From Planctomycetota bacterium (GTDB taxonomy: Bacteria; Planctomycetota; UBA8108; SXIK01): a stretch of DNA of 64,000 bases. Position numbers and translations under genes: made by a program. The DNA lies in the NCBI GenBank assembly GCA_965223845.1, contig CBDCXR010000004.1:1376001-1440000 (forward strand), read 5' to 3'. Positions 45,091 through 54,477 of the stretch are shown one piece after another (the first letter of the stretch is position 1; the number at the start of each line of letters is the position of its first letter). The notes beneath the pieces were generated by a model, which had not been told where the DNA came from, searched no databases, and worked only from the letters and a program-made list of their open reading frames with translations.

Positions 45091-46177
45091 AGTCCAACCG
45101 CTGTCCGCGGCCGAGTGGGGGCGAGGATCGGTTCGCATGCCCGCGGAGTGGGAGCCCCACGACGCGACTTGGCTCGCATGGCCTCACTCGTCGGAGACTT
45201 GGCAGCACCTGCTCCCTCGCGTCACCCGGGTGTGGGTGGAGATCGCCCGCGAGCTTCGCGCCGGTGAGCTCGTCCGTCTCCTCGTTCCGGACGAACCGAC
45301 CGCCGAGTCGGTCTCCGGTGCATTCGGCGGGGACCTCGACGGAATCGAGCTGGTGAAGATTCCGACGAACGACACTTGGATCCGCGACTACGGGCCGACG
45401 TTTGTCGCGTGGACAGAGAACGGCACGCGGGCTCCTCGGCTCGCAGGGTCGAGGTGGAACTACAACTGCTGGGGTGAGAAGTACCCTCCGTGGGAGGACG
45501 ACGCTCGCGCCGCCGGAGCCATCTGCGCTCTGATCGGTGCGCCCTCCGTCCGCGCGCGCCGAACTCTCGAAGGCGGTGCCTTGGAGGTCGACGGCGAAGG
45601 AACTCTCCTCACGACGCGCAGCTGCGCGCTCCACTTGAATCGCAATCCGAGCTCGACGGCGAGCGATCTCGAAGCCGAGTTCGAACGCCTCCTCGGGGTC
45701 GAACGAACGATCTGGCTCGGCGGCGAGCTCGAGGGAGACGACACCGACGGACACGTCGACAACCTCGCGCGCTTCGTTCGTCCCGGAACGGCCGTCTTCG
45801 TCGCGGGCGGCGGCGCTTCCGCGGAGGATCGAGCCCGACTCCTCCCACTCGAGGAAGATCTTCGCTGCGCGCGCGACGCGCGAGGCCGGGTCATCGACCT
45901 CGTTCCGCTCCCGCTCCCGCGTCCGGTCGTACACGGCGCGCTTCGAGCTCCTGCGAGCTACGCCAATTTCTACATCGGAAACGAGGTCGTCCTCGTTCCG
46001 ACGTACCGATCGCCCGCGGATGACCGCGCTCTCGGGATCCTCTGCGACCTCTTCCCGGACCGCCGCGTCGTCGGTATCGACGCCTTCGATCTCGTGTTCG
46101 GTCAGGGGTCGATCCACTGCATCACACAGCAGCAGCCCCGGATGGCGCCGCACTCGCCCGCCGGATCCGACTCCTAG
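45083..46177 (+). CDS. aguA: Agmatine deiminase
   Basis: RMPAEWEPH, NDTWIRDYGP, LEGGA, DDTDGHVDN, ASYANFY and GSIHCITQQQP. Confidence 0.92.
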   Translation: MPEVQPLSAAEWGRGSVRMPAEWEPHDATWLAWPHSSETWQHLLPRVTRVWVEIARELRAGELVRLLVPDEPTAESVSGAFGGDLDGIELVKIPTNDTWIRDYGPTFVAWTENGTRAPRLAGSRWNYNCWGEKYPPWEDDARAAGAICALIGAPSVRARRTLEGGALEVDGEGTLLTTRSCALHLNRNPSSTASDLEAEFERLLGVERTIWLGGELEGDDTDGHVDNLARFVRPGTAVFVAGGGASAEDRARLLPLEEDLRCARDARGRVIDLVPLPLPRPVVHGALRAPASYANFYIGNEVVLVPTYRSPADDRALGILCDLFPDRRVVGIDAFDLVFGQGSIHCITQQQPRMAPHSPAGSDS

Positions 46178-46382
46178 CCCGAAGGAGCGAACCGCCGGGA
46201 GGCGCCTGCGGCGAACGGTCGCAGTCTCCGCTCGGGCGTCCGCCGTCGGCGGACTGCCCGTGACTCGAAAAGGGACTTTTCGGGCTGCGCGAGAGTCCCT
46301 ATACTCGCGCTCTTTCTCGGACGGGCGCGCGTCGCGCGATCGGGCGCGCCGTGCCAACGACGCAGATCAGGAAGGCGACCGG

Positions 46383-46589
46383 ATGGCCGGAGACACGAAA
46401 GCTCCCGAACGCTACGAGCTCGAAGAGCTCTTTCCCGAAGAAGCACCCGAGACGCTCCACTTCCTCAAGGTCGGCGGAGGCGTAGTCGTGGTGCTTCTCA
46501 TCGTGCTCGCGCTCGGCTACTCGCTCCTCTGGGTCGACTGGGGGACTGGAGAGGCGGCGGAAGAAACGGCGGCGAGCGCGACCGAGTAG
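46383..46589 (+). CDS. Small single-TM protein (68 aa)
   Basis: ATG at 46383 after AGGAAGG; acidic N-terminus and one TM (GVVVVLLIVLALGYSLLWV). Confidence 0.65.
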   Translation: MAGDTKAPERYELEELFPEEAPETLHFLKVGGGVVVVLLIVLALGYSLLWVDWGTGEAAEETAASATE

Positions 46590-46635
46590 CGCGGGAGGGC
46601 ACCCGCGAGAACGACCGATCCGACGGAGGACAAGC

Positions 46636-46767
46636 GTGTCGAGTCAGTACAAGGAATTCGCGAAGGGTACCGGGATTATCGTGGGCGTCATCATTCTGTG
46701 GCTCGCGTGGTTCGTCCTCTTCATCGTCGGCAAGAGCTTCTTCGGCGACGGCGGGGCCGACATCTAA
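46636..46767 (+). CDS. Small single-TM protein (43 aa), absent from the ORF track
   Basis: GGAGGA-N5-GTG; translates to MSSQYKEFAKGTGIIVGVIILWLAWFVLFIVGKSFFGDGGADI* with host-like codons. Confidence 0.7.
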   Translation: MSSQYKEFAKGTGIIVGVIILWLAWFVLFIVGKSFFGDGGADI

Positions 46768-46793
46768 AGTCGATTCCTCGGGTGGCTCCGAAC

Positions 46794-47198
46794 ATGTCCA
46801 TTCGCGAGCTCGTCTTCCTCGGCGCGGCGCCCGGCGCGGCGGCCGAGGTGATCGTCTGCGAAGGCACGCCACTCAAGCCCGGTGACCGGCAGCAGCTCGT
46901 CCAGCGGCGATCGGCGTGGCCGGAGACTCGCGATCACGTGCGCATCATCGTCGGCACGCACCGCGAACGCGCCGATCTCCTCCTCGGCGGGCCGGGTCTC
47001 CGAGCGGAAAACCTCCGCTTCTACATTCCCCGCGAAGGTTCGGGTCCGACCGACCTCAAGGTGATCCACGAGGAGTCGACCCGAGTCGACGGGAAGCGGA
47101 TCGCCCCCGACGAGTGGGTCACGCTCGAAGGCGGCGAGGAGATCGAGCTCGCCGGCTGGCGGTGGCGGTTCGAAATGAGTGATCGCGGGGAGCGATAG
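46794..47198 (+). CDS. Degenerate FHA-like domain protein
   Basis: IIVGTH..ADLLL...STRVDGKRI...VTLEGGEEIELAGWRWRF matches FHA beta-sandwich spacing, but the GR, SxxH and NG residues are altered. Confidence 0.55.
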   Translation: MSIRELVFLGAAPGAAAEVIVCEGTPLKPGDRQQLVQRRSAWPETRDHVRIIVGTHRERADLLLGGPGLRAENLRFYIPREGSGPTDLKVIHEESTRVDGKRIAPDEWVTLEGGEEIELAGWRWRFEMSDRGER

Positions 47199-47246
47199 TT
47201 CATACTCGCAAACCGTCCCCGGGAAGGTCGAAGCCTGCTTGGGGCG

Positions 47247-47396
47247 TCCGGCCCGTCCCCGATCCCGAGTCCCGTTCCCGACGACGGAGTCGGAAGCCTC
47301 CGGCCGTTCGTCCATCGACACCCGGCGACCGAAGTCGACGCGCGGCGGTGAGAAGAACGATGAGGAAGCTGGTCGGGATCGGGGGCGGGGTCCGGA
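47247..47396. repeat. Inverted repeat pair between convergent genes
   Basis: CCCGTCCCCGATCCCGA (47252-47268) versus TCGGGATCGGGGGCGGG (47373-47389): 16 of 17 complementary, extendable by TCCGG/CCGGA. Confidence 0.6.
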
Positions 47397-47412
47397 AAGC
47401 GTCGTCCGATCC

Positions 47413-47820
47413 TCAGTGCGTGATGACGCGCGGCAACTCCTTCGCCTGCGCCACCCAATCGGAGACTTGACTCTCCGACGGTAGGCTGCGGACGAGGTTC
47501 TTCTCCGCGTTCACCTCGGTCATCTTCGCGTGAAGGTTCTCCGGCTTCCGCTGCGCGAGTTCGGGAACCGTGTCGACGCCGGCGCACTCGAGGAGATCGG
47601 CGTACTCTTCACCGATTCCCTTGACGCGCGCGAGGTCCGCGCGATTGACCCAGCCGAGGATTCGCTTCTCGCTGAGTCCGGACGCCTCCGCCATCTCGGT
47701 TCGGCCCTTCTTCGTCGAGCCTTTGTCGAGCAATTCGGACTGATTTCCGATGCCGCACTCGCGCAACTTCCCGGCGTAGGTTGCGCCGATTCCTTCGATC
47801 TCTTCTAGCTTTTTGCTCAT
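47413..47820 (-). CDS. DUF4332 domain protein (helix-hairpin-helix)
   Basis: IEGIGATYAGKL and WVNRADLARVKGIGEEYADLLECAGVDTVPELAQRKPENL. Confidence 0.88.
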   Translation of the reverse strand: MSKKLEEIEGIGATYAGKLRECGIGNQSELLDKGSTKKGRTEMAEASGLSEKRILGWVNRADLARVKGIGEEYADLLECAGVDTVPELAQRKPENLHAKMTEVNAEKNLVRSLPSESQVSDWVAQAKELPRVITH

Positions 47821-48012
47821 CCGCGGATCCTTTCTCTAATCCGTACCCGCCCCTCGAATCCGGACGGACTGGGCGAGGGGTGAACTCAGCGCGCGTGAGA
47901 CGGGCCGAGTCCGATCAAACGCTCCGATCGATACACGAACTCGATCGTTCGTGAACGATAGCGAGGATTGCTCACGGGTTCTATCGGGAATCCCCCGAGC
48001 GGACGCCGCGCG

Positions 48013-50259
48013 TCAGGACTTCGCGCGCTTCAGCATCAACGCGCTGAGCGGCGGAATGTTGAGCGAGAGCGACTGCGGTCGCTCGTGACTGGGCACGTCC
48101 TCGGAGTGTACGCCGCCGGAGTTCCCTTGATTGCTCCCGCCGTAATGCTCGGAGTCGCTGTTGATCAGCTCGCGGTAGAATCCCGGCGTCGGCACACCGA
48201 GGCGGTAGTCGCGCCAGAATTCGGGCGTGAAGTTGAGGACGACAACGACCTCGTCCTCGGGGCGGCGGCCCTTTCGCACGAACGCGATCACGCTCTTCTC
48301 CCAGTCGCGGAAGTCGAGCCACTCGAAGCCGTCCCATTCGAAGTCGATGGCGTGAAGCGCGGGTTCTTCACAGTAGACCCGATTGAGATCGCGCAGGAAC
48401 TGCTGGACGCCGCGGTGCCAGCCGGTCTCGAGGAGATGCCAGTCGAGCGCCTGATCGCACGTCCACTCCCGCCCCTGGCCGAACTCGGAACCCATGAAGA
48501 GCAGTTTCTTTCCGGGAAAGGCGTACTGAAACCCGTAGAGCGCTCGCAGGTTCGAGAACTTTTGCCACGCGTCGCCCGGCATCTTATCGAGGAGCGAACA
48601 CTTCCCGTGCACGACTTCGTCGTGGGACAGCGGGAGGAGAAAGTTCTCCGTGTACGCGTAGAGCATCCCGAACGTGAGGTTGTTGTGATGCCACTTCCGA
48701 TAGACGGGATCGCGCGAGAAGTAGTAGAGGATGTCGTTCATCCACCCCATGTTCCACTTGAGGCTGAACCCCAGCCCGCCGACGTAGGTCGGGCGTGAGA
48801 CGCCCGTCCAGGCGGTCGACTCTTCCGCGATCGTGAGCACGCCGGGATGCTCGCGGTGGCAAATCTCGTTGAAGCGACGAAGAAAATCGATCGCGGCGAG
48901 ATTCTCGCGGCCGCCGTGCTCGTTCGGAATCCAGTCATCCTCTTCGCGCGAGTAGTCGAGGTAGAGCATCGACGCGACGGCGTCGACGCGGATCCCGTCG
49001 AGGTGGTACTTCTCGAGCCAGAAGAGAGCATTTCCGATGAGGAAATTGCGCACCTCGTTTCGCCCGTAGTTGAAGATCAGCGTTCCCCAATCCCGATGCT
49101 CGCCTTGCCTCGGATCTTCGTGCTCGTAGAGGCACGTGCCGTCGAACTGCCGGAGGCCGTGGTCGTCGCGCGGGAAGTGGGCGGGAACCCAGTCGAGGAG
49201 AACACCGATCTCCGCTCGGTGACAGGCATCGACGAAGGCCGCGAACTCGGCCGGCGTTCCGAACCGGCTCGTCGGCGCGAAGTACCCGAGCGGCTGGTAT
49301 CCCCAGGAACCGTCGAAGGGATGCTCTTGGATGGGAAGGAGCTCGATGTGCGTGAAGCCCATCTCCTTCACGTACGGAATCAGTCCTTCGGCGAGCTCGG
49401 CGTAAGTGAGATAGCGACCATCCTCGCCGCGCTGCCACGAGCCGAGGTGCACTTCATAGATCGAGATCGGGGCGTCGAGCGCCTGACGGCGCGCGCGCGT
49501 CTCCCCCATCCACTCGTCATCCGTCCACTGAAAGTGGTCTGTGTCGCGGACGACGCTCGCCGTCTCGGGCCGAAGCTGGCTGCCGAATGCGTAGGGATCG
49601 CTCTTCAGGAACACGCGTTCACCGACGCGTGAGCGGATCTCGAACTTGTAGAGCTGTCCTTCACCGATCTCCGGAACGAAGATCTCCCAGATTCCCGACG
49701 CGCCGAGAGCGCGCATGGGATGGCGCCGTCCGTCCCATTGATTGAACTCGCCGACGACGCTGACTCGCTCGGCGTTCGGAGCCCAGACCGCGAAGTGAAC
49801 GCCGCTCACGCCATCGAGCTCGATCGTGTGCGCACCGAGCTTGTCGAAGCTCCGGTGATGCTCCCCTTCGCCGAGTAGATGGAGGTCGAAGTCCGTGAGG
49901 ACGCGGCCGAAGCGAAACGCGTCCTCGCCATCCCACGCGTGGCCGCTCTCGTCCTCTACTCGCAGGCGGTACCGAAAGTCCGTGCCGACCGGCCCGATCG
50001 TGGCCTCGAAGAATCCGGCGTCGTGGCGGCGTTTCAGCTCTTCAACGCCCTTCGGATCGGATGTGGGGAAGATCCACACGCGCTTCGCGCTCGGAACGAA
50101 GACTCGAATCGAGAGTCGCGTTTCGCCGTCGCTTTCGACGGGATGAGGACCGAGGATCCCGAAGGGGTCGTGACTGCGTCCCTCGACGAGAGCGCGGATC
50201 GCGTCCTCGTCGACGCCCGTGCGCTGCGAAGGGACGATCTTTTCGGATGAGTGGCTCAT
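48013..50259 (-). CDS. glgB: 1,4-alpha-glucan branching enzyme (GH13)
   Basis: FAVWAPNA, IYEVHLGSW, SWGYQP, DWVPAHFP, GIRVDAVASMLY, IAEEST and LSHDEVVHGK. Confidence 0.97.
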   Translation of the reverse strand: MSHSSEKIVPSQRTGVDEDAIRALVEGRSHDPFGILGPHPVESDGETRLSIRVFVPSAKRVWIFPTSDPKGVEELKRRHDAGFFEATIGPVGTDFRYRLRVEDESGHAWDGEDAFRFGRVLTDFDLHLLGEGEHHRSFDKLGAHTIELDGVSGVHFAVWAPNAERVSVVGEFNQWDGRRHPMRALGASGIWEIFVPEIGEGQLYKFEIRSRVGERVFLKSDPYAFGSQLRPETASVVRDTDHFQWTDDEWMGETRARRQALDAPISIYEVHLGSWQRGEDGRYLTYAELAEGLIPYVKEMGFTHIELLPIQEHPFDGSWGYQPLGYFAPTSRFGTPAEFAAFVDACHRAEIGVLLDWVPAHFPRDDHGLRQFDGTCLYEHEDPRQGEHRDWGTLIFNYGRNEVRNFLIGNALFWLEKYHLDGIRVDAVASMLYLDYSREEDDWIPNEHGGRENLAAIDFLRRFNEICHREHPGVLTIAEESTAWTGVSRPTYVGGLGFSLKWNMGWMNDILYYFSRDPVYRKWHHNNLTFGMLYAYTENFLLPLSHDEVVHGKCSLLDKMPGDAWQKFSNLRALYGFQYAFPGKKLLFMGSEFGQGREWTCDQALDWHLLETGWHRGVQQFLRDLNRVYCEEPALHAIDFEWDGFEWLDFRDWEKSVIAFVRKGRRPEDEVVVVLNFTPEFWRDYRLGVPTPGFYRELINSDSEHYGGSNQGNSGGVHSEDVPSHERPQSLSLNIPPLSALMLKRAKS

Positions 50260-50488
50260 AAAGGAAAAACCGGCGTGCGGGCAAACTTCTTGCGAGAAGA
50301 ACGAGCATTATATCGGAAGCGCCTCCGCACATCTTTGACGGGATTCGCCTTCGCCGGGCGAACTCGCATTCTCGGCCCTTGACCGGTACTGCTCGACCGG
50401 CCGCGAGAGCGCGACTGGGGTATTCTTCGATGGTTCGTACTCACTTCCGCGCCATCGATCCGCCGCGTCCGCTCTGGAGCTCTGACCC

Positions 50489-51109
50489 ATGCCGCTCGGA
50501 TCCGTGCTCACTGCGACCCCGAAAATGTGGACGATCGGCGGTCGCTTCCACACTCGCGCACACGTTCTCCTCCGCGCCGCGACGCTGTTCTCCTACGATC
50601 GGACGGTGACCGTCGATCGAGCCGCGCGCACCGTCACCCTCCGCACCCAGCAGCTTTGGGCTTGGAAGAACGAGCGCGAGGTCTCGTTTCGCGACGTGTC
50701 CCACGTCGATCTCAGGCATCGGAGTCTCGAGCTCGGGGGGAGGCACGACACGTTCGAGTGCTACGAACAGTTCACCGTGTCGCTCGTCATCAAGCCCTGC
50801 ACGAACGTCCCTCTGTTCTCGTTCCGCTCGGATCTTCTTCTCACCCGCGAGATCGGGATGCTCGACCTCGCGGTTTCCTTCGGCGACGACCGCCACGAAG
50901 ATGCGGCGCAGGCATTCGCGGCACGCCTCGCGGAGTGGATCGGAGTCTCTCTCGGCCCCCCGGTGAAGCACTACGCGACCGACGACGGGACGCGCTACTT
51001 CTGCGCGGACTGCGGCCGAGCCTCGGGGCCCGGTCGAGCGAACTGTCTCTACTGCGGCGGCGAGCTCGAGGCCGTCGTCGCCGTTCCCGAGACTGCGCGC
51101 GACGGCTGA
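50489..51109 (+). CDS. Hypothetical protein with C-terminal zinc ribbon
   Basis: Beta-rich core followed by CADCG...CLYCGG. Confidence 0.6.
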   Translation: MPLGSVLTATPKMWTIGGRFHTRAHVLLRAATLFSYDRTVTVDRAARTVTLRTQQLWAWKNEREVSFRDVSHVDLRHRSLELGGRHDTFECYEQFTVSLVIKPCTNVPLFSFRSDLLLTREIGMLDLAVSFGDDRHEDAAQAFAARLAEWIGVSLGPPVKHYATDDGTRYFCADCGRASGPGRANCLYCGGELEAVVAVPETARDG

Positions 51110-51258
51110 GGGCGTTCGGACGCCCCGAGGCGCTCTTGCGACCCGGGCGACGATTTGGAGGATAGGGCGCGAGGGGTGGCTCGCCGCGTGACGCTCGCGA
51201 GCCAGCCCCGCCGGCTTGCTTCGCCCGCTCTCGACTCCTCTCTCCGGAACTCACCGCG

Positions 51259-51999
51259 ATGAGTCTCGTTCGCATCTCCCGCGCTCTTTCGCGCGCGCTC
51301 GCCGATCTCAGCTTCGGCGCACCGATTACCCACGTCTACAATCCACTCGAGTACGCGCGGAAACCGCACGAGCGCTATCTCCGGCGCTACTCGCGGCGCG
51401 GCATTCCCGCGGTGCTGCTCGGAATGAATCCCGGGCCCTTTGGCATGGCGCAGACCGGCGTGCCGTTCGGAGACGTCGGTTTCGTCCGCGACTGGCTCGG
51501 GATCGAGGCACCCGTCGGGAAGCCGGATCCGGAGCACCCGAAACGACCGATCCACGGGTTCGACTGCGCGCGAAGCGAGGTCAGCGGAACGCGTCTCTGG
51601 GGCTGGGCGCGCGATGCGTACGGAACTCCGGACGCGTTCTTCGAGGAGTTCTTCATTCTCAACTACTGCCCGCTCGTCTTCATGGAGGAGTCGGGCAAGA
51701 ACCGGACGCCGGACAAGTGCGCGCGGAGCGAGCGCGAGCCGCTCTTCGCCGCTTGCGATGTCGCGCTCCGCCGCTCGATCGAGTTTCTCGCGCCGCGGAT
51801 TGTCATCGGTGTCGGCGCGTTCGCCGAAGCGCGTGCCCGCGATGTGCTCGGAGACGTGGACGTCGAGATCGGTCGCGTTCTCCATCCGAGCCCGCAGAGC
51901 CCCGCCGCCAATCGCGGCTGGGCTACGGCGGCGCGAAAGGATTTGCGACGGTGCGGGATCGAAGTTCCCTCGACCGGGCGGCGAGCGGCCGTGCGTTGA
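51259..51999 (+). CDS. smug1: Single-strand-selective monofunctional uracil-DNA glycosylase (UDG family 3, SMUG1)
   Basis: GMNPGPFGMAQTGVPFG, SEVSGTRLWG, NYCPL and HPSPQSP. Confidence 0.92.
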   Translation: MSLVRISRALSRALADLSFGAPITHVYNPLEYARKPHERYLRRYSRRGIPAVLLGMNPGPFGMAQTGVPFGDVGFVRDWLGIEAPVGKPDPEHPKRPIHGFDCARSEVSGTRLWGWARDAYGTPDAFFEEFFILNYCPLVFMEESGKNRTPDKCARSEREPLFAACDVALRRSIEFLAPRIVIGVGAFAEARARDVLGDVDVEIGRVLHPSPQSPAANRGWATAARKDLRRCGIEVPSTGRRAAVR

Positions 52000-52096
52000 C
52001 CGAGACCGAGTGGCCCGGCGAACGATCGCTCGCTACGATGGCGCTCCCGCCCTCTGGTCGACTCACCGAGTACATCCGACGAGGAGTATCCGAATC

Positions 52097-53260
52097 ATGA
52101 CGAAGCTCAGCTTCGCGCTCACTGCGTGGATCGGCCTCGCCGCAATCGTCCGTGCCGAGGAACCCGCGAACTTCGACGCGATCGACATCGACACCAACGT
52201 GGGGATCGGCTACGGCGTCGCGGTCGCCGACATGAATGCCGATGGGCGGCTCGATGTCGTTCTCGTCGACAAGGAGAACGTCGCGTGGTACCGAAACCCC
52301 GATTGGGCGAAGTTCGAGATCGTCGGGAAGCTCACGCCGCGCGACCACGTCTGCGTCGCCGCTCGCGATATCGACGGCGACGGCCGCGCCGAGGTGGCCG
52401 TAGGCGCCGAGTGGAACCCGGGCGACACCGTGAAGAGCGGCTCCGTCCACTACATGATCCCGACCTCCGATCGCCGCGGTTCGTGGCATCCCGTCGCGCT
52501 TCCGCACGAGCCGACCGTGCATCGGATGCGCTGGGTGCGGACCGGAACCAGCGCGTGGGGGATTCTCGTCGTCCCGCTCCACGGCCGGGGCAATCGTGGG
52601 GGCGAAGGCGTCGGCGTTAGAACCTGGATCTACCATCCGCCCGCGAACGGCTCGCCGCGGGCGCCGTGGCGCCAAGAGCTCGTCTCGTGGCAGCTCCACA
52701 TGACCCACAACGCGGATCCGGTCCAGTGGGACGGCGATCCGGAAGACGAGATCCTGATCGCGAGTCGCGAGGGAGTGTTCCTCTTCGACGCGACGGGCGA
52801 CCGCTGGTCCCGCCGGCAGCTCAGCGCCGGCGCCGCGAGCGAGGTGCGGGCCGGTCGACTCGCCGACGGTCGACGGATGCTCGTGACCATCGAGCCGTTC
52901 CACGGGAACCGCGTCGTCGCCTACGTGCCGAGCGCGACCGACGCGAACGGTCTCTGGAGCGAACGGGAACTCGACGCGACCCTCAAGGGCGGCCACGCCG
53001 TCGCCTGCGGAGACCTCCTCGGAACCGGGGGCGATCAAGTCGCGGTCGGCTGGCGGCAGTCCGACGCGAAGGGTGAGGTGGGAGTTCGTCTCTACGTCCC
53101 GAATCGGGATGGCAGCGAGTGGAGAGTCCTTCGCGTCGATCGGAACGAGATGGCCTGCGAAGACCTTCGCCTCGCCGATTTCGACGGCGACGGACGGCTC
53201 GACATCGTGGCGGCCGGGCGGGCGACCAAGAATCTGCGGATCTACTACAACCGGCCGTGA
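52097..53260 (+). CDS. Secreted FG-GAP/VCBS beta-propeller protein (His-rich, aldos-2-ulose dehydratase propeller-like)
   Basis: ADMNADGRLD, RDIDGDGRAE and ADFDGDGRLD repeats; HEPTVHRMRW, IEPFHGN and GHAVACGD; ATG at 52097 after GAGGAG. Confidence 0.8.
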   Translation: MTKLSFALTAWIGLAAIVRAEEPANFDAIDIDTNVGIGYGVAVADMNADGRLDVVLVDKENVAWYRNPDWAKFEIVGKLTPRDHVCVAARDIDGDGRAEVAVGAEWNPGDTVKSGSVHYMIPTSDRRGSWHPVALPHEPTVHRMRWVRTGTSAWGILVVPLHGRGNRGGEGVGVRTWIYHPPANGSPRAPWRQELVSWQLHMTHNADPVQWDGDPEDEILIASREGVFLFDATGDRWSRRQLSAGAASEVRAGRLADGRRMLVTIEPFHGNRVVAYVPSATDANGLWSERELDATLKGGHAVACGDLLGTGGDQVAVGWRQSDAKGEVGVRLYVPNRDGSEWRVLRVDRNEMACEDLRLADFDGDGRLDIVAAGRATKNLRIYYNRP

Positions 53261-53273
53261 TGGTCCGTTGCCG

Positions 53274-54290
53274 CTACTTGGTCGTGAGTTCCTTCAGCTT
53301 CGCGTAGAGGGCGGGATCGTCCTTCGCGCCTTCGAACGCAAACGGGGCGTGTTGATTCTTCCCGACGTTCGAGTAGCCCCACGAGCAGAGCGAATCGACC
53401 GCGGCTTGCGCGGAGGCGATCGCGTTGTCGCCGGTCTTCTCGTCGGCGTTGCAGACGATGGCTTTCACGTACTTGCTCGCTGAGGTCACCCGCGCTTGAA
53501 TCTGGCCCGCGGGGATTTTGGAAAACTGTAGCAGAATGAAATCGGACGCGTTCCCGACCTGGTGCGACGTCCGGCCGTTTCCCACTCCGCTTGCGGCGAC
53601 GAGGAGCCCCGGACAGGCCTTCTTGACCGATGCGATCACATCGGCGAGGGCGACGGGGTCGCGGAGGGCATCGTGGTCGTAGCCCGGATCGAGGAAGCCG
53701 CTCGCCACGTCGACGATGACGTTCGTGCAGCCCTTCTCTTTGATCCAGCCCGCGACGGCGGTCGCTCCACGCACGATGGCCGTGCCGTCCTCGAGGATCT
53801 CGTCCTGCTTGGGATCGAAGAAGCTGAGGATAACGGCGACGCCCTGCGCGTCACACGCGTCGATCACGCGTGCGACTCTCTTCATATAGTCCGGGCGGAG
53901 ACTGCCGTCGGGAGCGAAGGCCGAGGTCTTCGCGCCTTCGTACCCGGGGTCGCCTCCTTGGAGGCCGATCGTAAACGCGTTCACGCCGTGACGAACGTAT
54001 TCCGGAATCGCCGCGATGAACGCCGCGGTGTTCGCGTCGGCGTCGAATCCCTTCGGGGACGTCTTCGGATTCGCGTCCTCGAAGGTCGCGTTCAGCATTC
54101 GGACGTTGACGAGGAGCCCCTCCGCAGAGCTTCCGGCGTGGGTGGCTTCGCCGTTGATCTCCCAGAAACCGTCGACGATCGCGATGCGTGTTTTCGGCTT
54201 GTCGTCAGCGTCGAGGCGCGACGAAGACGGCGCGATGGCGGCGAGGACGAGGACACAAGCAGGAACGAACTTAGCGGCGGAAAATCTCAT
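53274..54290 (-). CDS. Secreted glycoside-hydrolase-like TIM-barrel protein, catalytic Glu apparently absent
   Basis: Signal peptide; GVNAFTIGLQGG and YMKRVARVIDACDAQGVAVILSFF match a clan GH-A-like pattern. Confidence 0.65.
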   Translation of the reverse strand: MRFSAAKFVPACVLVLAAIAPSSSRLDADDKPKTRIAIVDGFWEINGEATHAGSSAEGLLVNVRMLNATFEDANPKTSPKGFDADANTAAFIAAIPEYVRHGVNAFTIGLQGGDPGYEGAKTSAFAPDGSLRPDYMKRVARVIDACDAQGVAVILSFFDPKQDEILEDGTAIVRGATAVAGWIKEKGCTNVIVDVASGFLDPGYDHDALRDPVALADVIASVKKACPGLLVAASGVGNGRTSHQVGNASDFILLQFSKIPAGQIQARVTSASKYVKAIVCNADEKTGDNAIASAQAAVDSLCSWGYSNVGKNQHAPFAFEGAKDDPALYAKLKELTTK

Positions 54291-54477
54291 GGAGTAGGCC
54301 GGACGTGAGGGGCAGGGGCGAGTAGGGCACAAGTAAGATGACGAGCCGCCGACGGTCGAAGGTTCGACGCGTCGGCGGCGCGCTCTCTTCACTCGATTCT
54401 CGGATTCCACAATCGCGGACGACGGGCGAGCGAGGCCGCTTTGGGCTCCGGAGCTCGCCGTCGTTCGCGGTCGAGGT

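Noticed and set aside
50286-50335. glgB promoter or operator (minus-strand TATAAT at 50307-50312 and short palindrome CTTCTTGCGAGAAG)
   Set aside because: There is no -35 or extended -10 element, so the evidence is too weak to call.
51440-52096. Apparent N-terminal extension or fusion on the FG-GAP protein
   Set aside because: It is an out-of-frame overlap with SMUG1. The RBS and signal peptide are at 52097.
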